Of a DNA stretch of 64,000 nucleotides, positions 39,854 to 53,900 are shown piece after piece. The notes under the pieces are model-generated. The model did no database searches. It was given only the letters and a program-made list of their open reading frames with translations, and had not been told where the DNA came from. Source of the stretch: Dimorphilus gyrociliatus (lineage: Eukaryota > Animalia > Annelida); assembly GCA_904063045.1 (NCBI GenBank), contig CAJFCJ010000003.1, forward strand, positions 496,001 to 560,000, read 5' to 3'. Made by a program: the position numbers and the translations under genes. How positions within the stretch are numbered: position 1 is the first letter of the stretch; the number at the start of each line of letters is the position of its first letter.

Positions 39854-40695
39854 ATGCAGTGTGCATCACCTACCAGATATCTAGACGATGACCCAGATCT
39901 TTGTGTGACACCTTTACGTGAATTGAAGAATTTGGACGAGAGGAAACCTGTCAGAGTTCGATTCGATAAAACGGTTAAAATACAAGAAGTGTCCCCAAAT
40001 CAATCATCTTCTCTAGATCTTTCTATGTCAGACAACGAGAATAATAGTTTAGAAATTATAGACATTCAACCGAAAACATTAGTTTCTCATGATTTTACAT
40101 TATCGTCGAAAATCGATTTATCCGAACCAGTAGAAAATGTTCTTTTCCGTCCAGAACTCAATTCCACGCTCAGAACTAAACAAAAAATGAAATTGATCGA
40201 GCAAGAGGAAGTTGACCTATGTTCAGCTGTTGAAAAGAAGCTCAAAACCCCGTCCGTAAGGGAGTTTGTTAAGGGAAAGGTTTGTATTTTTTTATTTTGA
40301 TGAAATCCTAAGTCAAATAAAATAAACTTTTTTTAGATAACATCCAAAGTAAACGCAAATGAAGATTTTTACAGGAATTTGCAAAGTGTAGATACGATGG
40401 AAAATGAATCTCTCTTTATTAAACCTGTAAAAACAACCAAGCAGAGAGAAGTAAGTAAAGTAAGCATTTATTCTAAATACTCCTTAATAAATTTTCGAAA
40501 TGATGCTAATAGGCCAAAGAAGCCCTTGTTGATTCACCGATGTTAGACGAATTCGATAGGGGAAATATTCAAAAGGAATCTTTGTCTTTAACTTTACATA
40601 GTCAACCTCGTTTCGAAGTTGGTTTAGTAAGAGTTCCACCTTCAGCTGGATTTATTGTTTACGAACATTCAAGAACATACGACGGTTTAGCTTAG
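39854..40695 (+). CDS. PPP1R35: Protein phosphatase 1 regulatory subunit 35 (centriole elongation factor)
   Basis: RVxF-type PVRVRF; PELNSTL...AVEKKLK....VN..EDFYRNLQS; C-terminal LTLHSQPRFEV...F.VYEH resembles the PPP1R35 C-domain; three exons. Confidence 0.72.
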
Positions 40696-41206
40696 CATAT
40701 CAAACTAAAGAGATTCTGCTATTGAGTTTTTTTATTTTTAAATTCTTTTATAATTCTCTTCTTAAAATAAATTCTTGTTAGGATCAAATTCCTTTTCAAT
40801 TTGCATCCAACTTTCGCCCGCTGATAATAAGAAATCATTCTAATACTATCCTATAACGTAAAATACTAGGTCTAATGGATACATCTTCCAAGAAAATAGG
40901 ATTTATTTGATTTAGAAAAATTGTTGAGCTAACTAAAATTAGATGTAGAGAAATAAACGTAGGAATTTTCCATTTTTTTTCTTATTTTCTTCGTTTTCTT
41001 TATTATTCTTAATAAAGGAAGGAAAGGAAGAATGCATTTTGGCAATATGTTAAAAAAATTGATAGATATTTAAACTTTATCACCATCATATTTACAGATC
41101 ATTATAAAAATATTTGTATCCTAATTAAACATTATATTATATTATACTATGTATTTATATACATATATAAATATATATTTTACCTGAATAAAACAAATTA
41201 GTGACG

Positions 41207-42959
41207 TTAAAATTCAAACATACACTTATATAACCTTTGTCCTAACTTAACATATTCGTCTCTTTCTCTATCGGTCATTGTTTCAACAAGTTGCTCGTCT
41301 ATTGAACTATAAAGTACAGGTTTACCACCGACGTATATAACTGGATCTTCTTCTGGCCGACCTATATCCATTTTATCTTCATTATCAATTTGAACTGTAG
41401 AAACTATTTGAACTTTGGGTTTGGATTTTCTTTCGGCTTGTTTTGCAGCTTGTTTTAAGGAATTTTTCTCGTTAGCTTCATCTTCTGAACTTGTACTGTC
41501 GTCTGAATCACTACTTTCGCTTGTCTTTTTAACAACTGATGACACAAGATTATTCTGTTTGCCTTTCCTCTCATAGATTAGTAAAGTGTTAATAATTTCA
41601 TCATTTTCACTTTTAGCTTTTGAAACGTTTGTCACACTTGAAGGTGGCGCCATAATGGTGGTTTCGTCGTGCTAAATAATAAATGATAAATAGTAAAAGA
41701 AAGAAATCAGTAGAATATACTTTGGCAGGGAATTAAATTAAAATATATATCTATATTTATTACATAAGCTTCTGCTCCATCGATTGTTGATTCCTGCATC
41801 CATATTGGCTGCTCTTTCTTTTCTGCTTTTTCGTCATTATCATCCATATTAATAATAATTTGTGGATCAGCAGGATCGTATATTGAATGATTTTTCTCTT
41901 TCCACCTTTCTTCTTTTGGAGATTTGGCTGAGTTTCTTGCCTTACCAATGCTATATTCGTGGGGAGCTGGTTCGTTCAGCTCTCTACTTAATTTCATATC
42001 TTCTACTTGTTTCAAAAGTTGATATATAGGCTCTATTTGTTCATTAAATTTAACCATTAACGCTCGAGCATCTTCAGCAGGAGTTGTTGTTTCTTCTTCT
42101 TCCAACTCGGTTTGACAGTATGTGCACCTAAATAAATTTTCAAAATACTTAGCAAGGATTCATTTTTAACCGAAAATTCGCAACAAACCTAAATTGTTTA
42201 GCTATGGGATCAAACAATTGATCCGCTTCTAAATCAGTGAATTGTTTCTGACAGCATGGACATTTGAATGAAGCCCTATTTGTCGAATCTCTTTCTTCAG
42301 TTTCGATTTTCCTTCTCATGTGTTCCAATTTATATTTAACAACGTTCACAAACGTTGTATAATGAATAGAATAATAATTATGCCTAGTTGCTTTTCCCTC
42401 ACTATCAGTCTCAACCTTCATTTGTACTCTGACGAACTTGTCCAATTTCAAACTGCTAAGATAAGACCGCAATTGTTTTCTAGATGAGGAAAGGAAAAAG
42501 CCAATCACTTTTAATCGTTTTTCATTAAGTAAAACATTTATTAATTCTAAATATATTCTACCATTGGTAATGCTAGAAGTTTTGAAAAACATTTTCTAAT
42601 TGAATGATAATCAATATAGTTCTAATAGATAATAAAACTATATTAGTTTTATTGCAATAAAAAACAATTAACAAAGTTTTCTGAAGTTTAGTTTACTGCA
42701 TTTATTTTACCAATATTCTAATTCAAAAAACAAGATTTTACAAATAGTATTAAACCGGCGTAACATTTGAAATAATTTAGTACCTTTCAAACTGCAAAAG
42801 TAAAGCAATATCATCCTCCTTGATCCCTGGTTTTCTAATAAGCACATCCACCACTAAGGAATATTCTATTCCGTAGAAAGCTCTTATAATATAACGGACT
42901 AGCCTCGTTAGGATTTGGGGAACTTCGGTTAAAACACCCGGATCATGAGGATCAGCCAT
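41207..42959 (-). CDS. GTF2E1: General transcription factor IIE subunit alpha
   Basis: [35 protein letters not shown], Zn ribbon FKCPCC...[15 protein letters not shown]-terminal acidic domain. Confidence 0.96.
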
Positions 42960-43130
42960 TATCGCTCAGAGATCTGAGTGTTGTTCGTAAACATTCGATG
43001 AACATTTAAATTGAATAGGTGGTTCTCTACTTCGTAATTCGCTTCTATTATTGATCCCAAATATTTCATCATAAAATTATACAAAAAAGCTTTTCCGAAA
43101 ATTTTTGACTGGAATACGAAGACAACCTTC

Positions 43131-43140
43131 ATGACGTCAT
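43131..43140. promoter_or_regulatory. Palindromic CRE/ATF site in the 276-bp GTF2E1/ABHD17 bidirectional promoter
   Basis: ATGACGTCAT, a perfect palindrome. Confidence 0.5.
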
Positions 43141-43235
43141 AAACAAAAAAAATGAAGGAAGAACGGTCGCAAGTTGAAAATAAAGCATAGTTATTCATTC
43201 AATGTGATTCACAACCGCTATAAGACGATAAAGAC

Positions 43236-45377
43236 ATGAACGGATTATCTTTTAGCGAACTATGCTGTTTATTCTGCTGCCCGCCCTGCCCATCGAGGAT
43301 TGCAGCTAAATTGGCATTTCTTCCCCCAGATCCTACTTATTCTATCATATCGGACGAATCTGGCTCCAGATTTAGCTTACACCTGACAGAAAGAGCTGAA
43401 TGGCAATACGGGCAGAGAGAATTAGATTGGATTGAGGTTAGTGCTTTTGACTCATCGTTATGACACAAAAATTGATGGAGTGGTATAAAAGCCTACGCTT
43501 CACGCCTTAAGCTTTCATATGTACTTCTTTATAGAAGGATGTCTTTATAACTTATTTTAATATTACTAGAAAATCAAAGAATGTCTTTGTACAAGATGTA
43601 TATTGGCATATATATACATATAGGAGAGGTATGTCACATCGGTATTATATACCTATCTAAATGGTAGATGGTCTACTAAAATACCACTAAACCTGCCCAC
43701 TGTGATTCTATACAATTAAACTTGATACTTGTTGATTAGTTACTTCATTACGCTTTTTTTTTAAACATTAGTTTTATAATGACAAAAATAGTAATAAATA
43801 TAATAAGGAATATTTGCACTAAAACTAATCAATTTGCTAAAATCAATTACAAGAACTAAAATTATGTTTGATATATAAATAAACGCTCTTTTTCTTGGAG
43901 CGTATCAGAAAGATGATCAACTTAATTTATGTTGGAGAAGAGAATATTGATATTTTACTTATACATAATATATTTTTTATTACTTTTTAATTTAAAAAAA
44001 AGCAAAGTGTTATAGGCGTTTAAAAATGATTAACAATTAATAGGCGTTATTATAATTTGATTCTCTCTAGTCAGAAGAATAGAAAAACTTGACTTATTTT
44101 TTCTTCTCTTTTCTATCGGCTTTATATTTAGTTTAATAAATAAATATACTGTATATCAATAAGTTTTTTTTCCAATTTATAGATCCTTGCTCCTCCTTTT
44201 ATTATTATATCTTAATGATTTGGTGCGTTTCCGTAAATATAGTTTGTCCTAGATGTTTGACGCTTGAAATATTAAGTACAATATAATCGATAAGAAAGAT
44301 TGTTAATTATTATCATTTTTTTAGGTAAATTAGTAGTTTCTATATAAACATATATATGTATATTTAAATATACAGTGTATAATATATAGATGAACTAGTT
44401 CGTATTTAAGAATATATTAAATTATTGCAAGGTACACTCTCCACTGTTGTTTTACAAGGTATATAATCAATTACTTTCTATGATTCTCTCTAAGTGTTAA
44501 CAGTACTTGTTCCGCATGCATAAAGGGCAGAGAGATATTATGAGCTTAATTCAGTACATTTTTTTCCCATTAAATAACGCTTTTATTTTTTTCGCCCCTT
44601 GTTATTTTATACAAAAGATTGTGTTTTTTTTTACAGGTTTTTAAAATTAGAACGTCGAGGAATAACCGGATAGCATGCGCCTATATTCGATGTTGTCCAA
44701 AAGCAAAATATACTGTTCTCTTTAGCCATGGAAATGCCGTAGATTTGGGCCAAATGACCAGCTTTTATATAGGATTAGGAACGAGAATCAACTGTAATAT
44801 ACTGTCCTATGACTACAGTGGTTATGGAGTAAGCACAGGAAGACCGTCTGAGAAGAATTTGTATGCTGATATAGACGCTGCCTGGGCTGCATTAAGAAAC
44901 AGATATGGTATTAGTCCTCAAAATGTGATATTGTATGGTCAAAGTATAGGAACGGTTCCTACAATTGATCTGGCTTCCAGATATGAGGTTGGAGCTGTTG
45001 TACTTCACTCACCATTAACGTCGGGAATGAGAGTTGCATTCCCAGAAACAAGGAGATCCTGGTTTTTTGACGCTTTTCCAAGGTTAAATTATATAGAGAT
45101 TAATTAAAGTTGATTCAATTGTCATTAACGTAAATCGTGTTCTATTTAAATTTACAGTATTGATAAAGTGCCGAAAATTACTGCCCCCGTCCTAGTCATT
45201 CACGGAATGGAAGACGAAGTAATTGACTTTTCGCATGGAATGGCAATACATGAGAGATGTCCTCGAGCAGTTGAACCACTTTGGGTCGAAGGAGCCGGTC
45301 ATAACGACATCGAAATTTTCCCCCAGTATCTGGAAAGGTTAAAAGCTTTCTTGAACAATGACCTTCTGCACGATTGA
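43236..45377 (+). CDS. ABHD17: Alpha/beta hydrolase domain-containing protein 17 (depalmitoylase)
   Basis: Exons 43236-43436, 44637-45082, 45158-45377. Palmitoylation cluster [19 protein letters not shown], triad GQSIG / EDEVID / GAGHND; TGA at 45375-45377. Confidence 0.97.
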
Positions 45378-45762
45378 CAATTAGCGGCGGCGACGACAAC
45401 GATGGTGACGGCGACGACGACTAATCTTACACCTATGCTTACCGACGATGACAGACCAACAACTGAAGACCGTCTCGAAGTTATCAGCAATCCTGTAGCA
45501 GTTGATGGTGATCAAGCTTCTAGAAATACGTCATCTCCTATTTTTACAGACGGTGGGGTAGGGGCTATGTTCAAATATGAGCAACCGAAAAGTCTCAACT
45601 TTCGGGTTATTGAAGGCGCCGAGGGACACACCGTCACCTCAACTTATTATACAACAATACCGCCATCGTCACCATCACAGGTTCAAAGATTAGCGAATGG
45701 AAAGTCTAATTCGAAAGGTTTATATGTTCATAATCCAGGGAATGGTCGATCGTCGCCGCCGC
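45375..45762 (+). promoter_or_regulatory. Readthrough signal: UGA-CAAUUA plus long-range RNA helix
   Basis: TGA CAA TTA; 45384-45396 GCGGCGGCGACGA is the exact reverse complement of 45750-45762 TCGTCGCCGCCGC; nested 45401-45410 pairs with 45667-45676. Confidence 0.65.
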
Positions 45763-45836
45763 ATTCGGATCCGGGCAGCTCACCGCGTTTTCTTGGTGGG
45801 CGAAAAAGTCCGGCGCCTAGTTCGCATTCGAACTAG
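45378..45836 (+). CDS. Candidate stop-codon readthrough extension of ABHD17 (152 codons, S/T/P/D-rich)
   Basis: In frame with the ABHD17 TGA and open to TAG 45834-45836. It is GC-rich like the exons and drops abruptly to AT-rich UTR after the TAG. Confidence 0.7.
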   Translation, partial: QLAAATTTMVTATTTNLTPMLTDDDRPTTEDRLEVISNPVAVDGDQASRNTSSPIFTDGGVGAMFKYEQPKSLNFRVIEGAEGHTVTSTYYTTIPPSSPSQVQRLANGKSNSKGLYVHNPGNGRSSPPHSDPGSSPRFLGGRKSPAPSSHSN

Positions 45837-46688
45837 ATATTTTTATGAGAATTATTTCGTTTCATTTTTTTTCTTTTTTTTTTAAACAATCATTTATTAA
45901 ATTGATTCTGTTAAAATACAAATTATAGCCGGTGTATCAACAAAAGCATAGCGGTATCAACAATAAAATCTACAGAACTGCAAGGATCCTAAACAATAGT
46001 CATGCCTACCAACCCAGTTGCTTATTTTGCATTTTTGTGCATGACTAGCATAATTTTGTGTCTTATGAATATGTATTGGAGAGTAAAAGTTGAAATGAAA
46101 CATTATAATCTAAAACACGTTCCAAATAGCTCAGTTAAAAGAGAAAAAAGCAGGCATCTCTTAATCAAAGCTTTTACCTCACCCAAATAAATATTTTTTT
46201 ATTTAATAAGAAGAATCGGTTTACGTCATATAAGAATCCTTTTAATACTTGTTTATTTCACTACTAATGATATTTCTAGATGTAAGGCTTTTGACGCTCC
46301 TTTAATTTCTTTCATTTGCCTATTCACGAAAGAGTCCATTAAGAAATCACATTTTTCATTTTGTATATATATTAATATAAATATATATATAGACAAGTAC
46401 ACATATTTCATAGGAAAATTTCATAAGTCTTCTATTACATAAGTAGCTGATTGAGTTGATAAATGATAGACACACAACCTAATAAATAATGATCAACTTC
46501 CTTTAAAGCAAGGTCCTAAAACCCTAAATTGGAATCTAAATAATGCGTTGACTAAATTACCTTAAAAAATGAGCAACCAACAGAAAAAAAAATATTTTAG
46601 AAGCAAGTCAACCGATGAGAACTCCATCTTCCATAATAAGCTTAGTTCTTTCCGGTAAAGAAAAACTAATTTCAGAAAAAAAAATACC

Positions 46689-46820
46689 TTTGACCTTTTA
46701 AACGGGTCGATCATTTCCTTTGACCAATCAGCCTGTTTGACCTATTCGAAAGGGCCACAAATATAAAAACTAGATAACATACAGTGTCTATTGAGAAAGA
46801 GAATAAGTAAAACGGTCAAA
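46689..46820. promoter_or_regulatory. Nuclear-receptor half-site cluster with CCAAT box (putative enhancer)
   Basis: GGTCAAA/TTTGACC at 46689, 46719, 46736 and 46814; CCAATCAG at 46724-46731. Confidence 0.35.
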
Positions 46821-47426
46821 GTTGAGGTAAGGGCAAAAAAAAAAAGAGTAAATAGAATTAGTGAGGAAACTAGTTTATACAAGACACAATTAGAGAAAAT
46901 AATGTTTGGGATTTTCGTAAGTTATCTTTACGCAGCAATGAACTAAACTAATATGAGTAAGTTATAAATTGACTAAAATAACTAAAATAGATTGTAGAGA
47001 GAATTTCATTTGTCCTAAAAACACTTTATAATTATAACCAGGGGAAAACCACTAGTCACTACATGTAAAGACTTTATTCTGTCCTTTTACTCTCTATATC
47101 TTTCTATCTCTTTCGTTTCAAGTATTTTATGCTTAAAATTCCATGTGGAGAGACAAACCGCATAAGTAGAGGCTTACAACTATTAAGCTACTACTAAAAT
47201 AGCTACTTAATAAGTTGTCACTTTTCCATCTATATTCGACATCGTACAATATTGAAAGATTATTTAGACATTTTTAATATATTTAAAGAATTATAGTAAC
47301 AATTAGAATTAATACATTGCGTCTATGAATAATAACTTGAAGTTTTTCAATCCCTCATGCCATCTCATATTTTCCTCATTCTTCTCCTTTTCCCACTCTC
47401 CCTCGCTCTCTCTCACGCACAACTTC

Positions 47427-48083
47427 TTAGGAGGTGACTATCTTTTGTAATGGTTCTTCCAAATATTCGGCTAAAGCTTTTGCTTTTGCTTTGAGCATTC
47501 CAAATCCAACCTCTCTATCAGAGTATATGCATAAAAGAAGATTGGCAACCCTCTTAATGGCAACATTTCCATCCTGTAAAGTAACACATGATTAATGCTC
47601 TTTCGCCTCTAGCTTTATTACTAGTATTTGTGTTAAGTGCTATATATTATTCTTTCATAATTTAGCCTTTATTAGAGGTTTTTTCCCTCTTTATTTAAAA
47701 GTATTGTGTGTTGATTTTTTCTTTCACAATGGATTTATTTAAGAATTCTTCACTGTTCGAAACTTACCTCGCATTCAATAAGAATAACATTCAAGTTGTC
47801 TGACTGTGTAGCTTGTCTTCCACTCTTTTCGAAGCACGACCATATACTGCTAGCTAATGCTGCTGTTGTCCTCCCATCATTCTTTCTATCTTCAAAGCCA
47901 GCATATGCCAATAATGCTCCCTCAGAATTTATTAATCTAATAGTGTATTTTAATAACTTGTTAAGATGATAATGTAAAATTTAAATATAATCTTTATCGG
48001 TAAGTTGAAACTTACAAAGTGCATCTAACCCCTCCGCTATTTGCCTGATTCAAGACTTGAGTTAAAACCTTAGGTTTTAACAT
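47427..48083 (-). CDS. LAMTOR2: Ragulator complex subunit LAMTOR2 (p14/ROBLD3)
   Basis: Exons 48016-48083, 47768-47936 and 47427-47573 give [36 protein letters not shown]...AIKRVANLLLCIY....VGFGMLKAKAKALAEYLEEPLQKIVTS*. Absent from the ORF track. Confidence 0.96.
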
Positions 48084-48545
48084 ATTTGAACATAAATATT
48101 ACCAAAAGGAAAAATGGGCAGTGATGATTAAAAGTCCGCAGAAACGAAATGGGGTATTACTAAAATACGTAACAAAAGGTATATAAGACACTACAAATTG
48201 AAAACTATAGACTGGGTGAACCTAAACTATGCGTGCTATTTGAATCATTCCATATTATTCTAATCTGTATTGTTATCTATGAGCTTAAAAGCAATCTAAA
48301 AGTTTCTTTGAAAACCAATGCAATGTTATCGATTAACAATCTGTAAGTACAGAATGATTTGAAAAAAAAAAACAAAACTATAAACAAAAGTTTCATTTGA
48401 AATTGATAAAAATTTTAAGTAAACAAGTTTTTTGCCTATTAAATAGTTTATAGTTTATATTTTATATACTGTATTGTATATTTAAATTCCTTCAACGAGT
48501 ATAAACAAAAAATAAACAAAATCAAGTATATATATACTAATATAT

Positions 48546-50282
<1,737 letters not shown>

Positions 50283-50490
50283 TTTGATGGATTTCGTCGT
50301 TCACAGAATCACGTTTTAAAATAAGTCCTATAGTTTATCTCGTGGTAGTTTTGCAATATGAAAAATATGTGTGGGATTACTAACCATATAAATTTAAATT
50401 ATATTGAATAATATAATAAATAAAAAATAAACATCTTTTAAAGAATAAAAAAATATAAAACTTAATAAAATTGTTTATTTTTCGCACACA

Positions 50491-50520
50491 CTTCCGGTCA
50501 ACCATTTTCAAAATGGCGTC
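50491..50520. promoter_or_regulatory. ETS + YY1 motifs in the RIOK2/DIXDC1 divergent promoter
   Basis: CTTCCGG at 50491-50497 and CAAAATGGCGTC at 50509-50520. Confidence 0.45.
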
Positions 50521-50940
50521 GATTTTCATCTTTCAAATTTCTGGATAAAGAATCAGTTCTTCTTTCGATCATCGAACTAGTTTGGAGAAATCGAATATTG
50601 AACAATTTAAAATTGATATTGAATCTTCTATTTTCTGCTGTTTTATTTGGATAATTCACGAGATTTCTCTTCTTGATAACATCGCTAGTTAACCAAACTT
50701 GAACGGACACGCCTCGCCGAAAAATCGGCGAATTTTATAACGTTACACGATTGGAATATTTTACTGGAATTTATTTCATAGTCTAGTGTTTAATTTTGAA
50801 TTTGCTTGTCAAAATTAGAAGAGGTCTGAGCAATATCAACTTTAGCAAATTCCCTCTTTTTGATTTCCTCCAAGATATGTAGGAGAACATTTTTACATAA
50901 AAATCAGATATAGAGATTAGGAAACTTTTTTTTTTAAAAA

Positions 50941-53900
50941 ATGTCATCAGCAAGTGGAGGAGAAGGATCAGAGTCTTCCCATAGTTGGAACGAATGGCAG
51001 GTAAGAAAATCAATCGCAATCAAGAAAGTAGTAATTACTTTTGGTAATTATCTACAATTTCCCTGTCAAAGGGAACACTTGTGTGAATATTCCAGCTTTG
51101 TTCTTTGATTTGTTAGGGGATTTGACATTTGCGTTGGAAGAAATCTTGAGTTTTTATCGGTTTTCTTTTGTTAGAGAAGTGATTAATCTCTTTTAAGCGA
51201 AGGGAATGCATCTGTTTTTGGTAACAATAGGAAAAAAATGAGCATGTATCTGTAGATGTAGATATATGTTCGTTTTTTATATAAATATACATATATATAT
51301 ATATATATGACAATTTTAAGGGAATAGAATAAAGAATAATCACTTAAAAATTAATAATTTCTTTTTTTCTTTGTCCTTTGAGAAGTAAAAAAATAATGAC
51401 AAGAGGTTTCTCTATATTTTATATTTAAAAATACTTATTTTGTACTATATAACACAGAAACTCAAAAGTGTTATTTATCCAATAAACAACAAGACTTTGT
51501 CATAACTTTAAAAAGGCGTAAAAGTAAATTGATTATAGGATTTATACTTTATAAATCGAATTCGCTTAATCCATTATTGATTATCCTAATCAATAAGTTA
51601 AAATGAGATGATATACTCTTAAAGATTGACAATGATCGTATATGTGTAAAAAATAGAATATTTTATATTATTTATGTATTTATATAGGTTCTTTTTTTAT
51701 AAAACAGCAACAATTACAAGCTTATGTGGCCTGGGTTAATTCTCAATTAAAAAAAAGAGCTGGCACAAAACTTGTTAAAGATCTCAGCTTGGATATGATT
51801 GACGGAACTGCTTTTGCTCATTTAATCAGTATAGTTGGTTAGTTTTGTAGTTTCATTAATTTTATTTATTAACCTTATTCAATTTATTTTAATATTTTCA
51901 GGAGGAGAGGAAGTTGCCGGTATACATTCATATCCAACAACTATTATTGAAATGAAGGAGAATAACGATCGTATTATACATTTTATGCGTTCGAAAAGAA
52001 TTCGAATGCATCAAACAACTTCTAAAGGTGATTTATATTTAATAAATAATAAATACAAATTTTACGTATATATATAGTATAGAGTATATTTGCATAAATG
52101 ATTATTTTCTCATCTTTATCACAATTTCTAAAACAATGAAACCATTTTCTCTTATAGATATTGTTGAAGGTAATTTTAAAGTCATTATGAGGCTTATTTT
52201 GGCTTTGGCAGCTCATTATAAACCTACAAGTGTCAAGCATACGCCAACAAAACGACGAAATATGGTTGAAATGGCACAGGTAAAAGAATCGAGGTAAAAC
52301 GAGACGAAATATTTTAATTATAGGTTTTTAACAAAGGGAGCGGTTACGGCGTTGGCTCACGCCAAACAGAGAGCGTCATTTACCAGCGTGAAACCTTGTA
52401 AACCCCGATTACCTGAAGGAAAATTTTCTGGTGCTAGGTATTCAATTTATTCATTTTATTCACTTTATCCGCCACTTCAAACCTATTTAACATTGTTACG
52501 CGATAACAGATTATTGGGCAGTGGCAGTGACCTTTCTGATCAGGCGAAAAGGTCAGATCGAGAGGACGATAGGGCAAGTTCCGAGGATAGTCATTATGCC
52601 AGTACTTTTGCGAGGTATGTACAAATTAGCATATTAGGAATGTATGCGATATCAAAAATTCACACTAACAGTCCACTTTCTAGTTCGACGGGATCTCCGC
52701 TAGGATATCGAAGAGGAAGTTTCCCGAAGAGCAAAAGCGAACAAGTACTATCAGGTATGTATTTAGTTATCCTTATCTCTGCAAAACATTTATTTTCTCA
52801 ATACAACTCGCATTAGGCGGTGGAACTGAAAGCGCTATCGTTGCCGATGCTCCAACATCTAGCGGAAGTGTTATATCATTAGAACCAGCCTGGCAGTCCC
52901 TTTTAGAAGATCATGAACATATTGGAGAAGATTTAGCCTCTACTCGACAAGTTTTATTATCTCTTCAAAACCTAGTCAGTTTAGATAACTTGGTATTTTT
53001 TTAGAGTTAATTTTTTTTATATTTTATTTTTTTCTTTTAGTTATTAACCGGCCATTACGAAAAACTCCACAAGTCCGATCCAGATGGTCTATCGAGCGGT
53101 GACGAAAGTGACAATTGCCTACCAGCCGAAGGTTCGAATGCGGAGGAGCGTTTAGATGTGATGAAAAGTCGATTGCAATTATCGGAAGAGAATAGTAGAG
53201 ATCTAAGAGCTGAAGTTTTAAAAATGAGAGCAGAGATATTCGAGTTACAAGGTCAGAAGAGAGGTTTACAAGCAAGATTAGAGCATCATGAAGATGCAAT
53301 GTTAAAAATGAAAGCTGAATTATTAAGAGTAGGATTCGCATCTCAAGGTTTACAGAATGAAAAGGTAAAATAATAATTCTATCTTTTATTAATAAATGAA
53401 ATCAATTGAACGCTATTTTATTATATTTTATAGCAAGAGTTGGAAGATAAAGTAACTGATAAACAAAGGGAAATCGATGATCTAAGGGTAAATATTTTTC
53501 TATTTTTATAATATTCTTCCTATATTCATCATTAATCTATTTGCAGAAAGAGTTAATTAACAGAGATAGAAATTTGGATGAACTCTTAGCTAGCGTACAG
53601 GTTTGTACTTCTGCTTTTTGTTTAATGTCTTTGTATTTTCTCTGTTCATAAATATTTAATCATCTATTGCTATTTATAGCTGGAACAACACGAGAAAGCC
53701 GCTACAACACGAAGCTTACGTAGTCAAATACAAGAGTTGCACGAACGTTTGAGGAGAGTGTCTGAAAAAGAAGCTTCTTTAACAAATCACGTTGGCCAAC
53801 AAGATAAACAAATGACAAAGTTAGAGGCAAGAATACTGCAATCTGTAGGCCATCAGCGTTCTGGTCCCTCATCCATTCTCTCTAATCATGTATGTTCACA

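Noticed and set aside
45375-45377. ABHD17 UGA as selenocysteine
   Set aside because: It sits at the normal ABHD17 C-terminus, not a catalytic or redox site, and I see no clear SECIS; ordinary readthrough fits better.
45338-45384. Alternative 47-nt intron skipping the ABHD17 stop
   Set aside because: The donor at 45338 joined to AG 45383-45384 gives a different frame (SGGDDNDGDGDDD*), not the long extension. The phase-1 donor at 45298 would delete the catalytic His.
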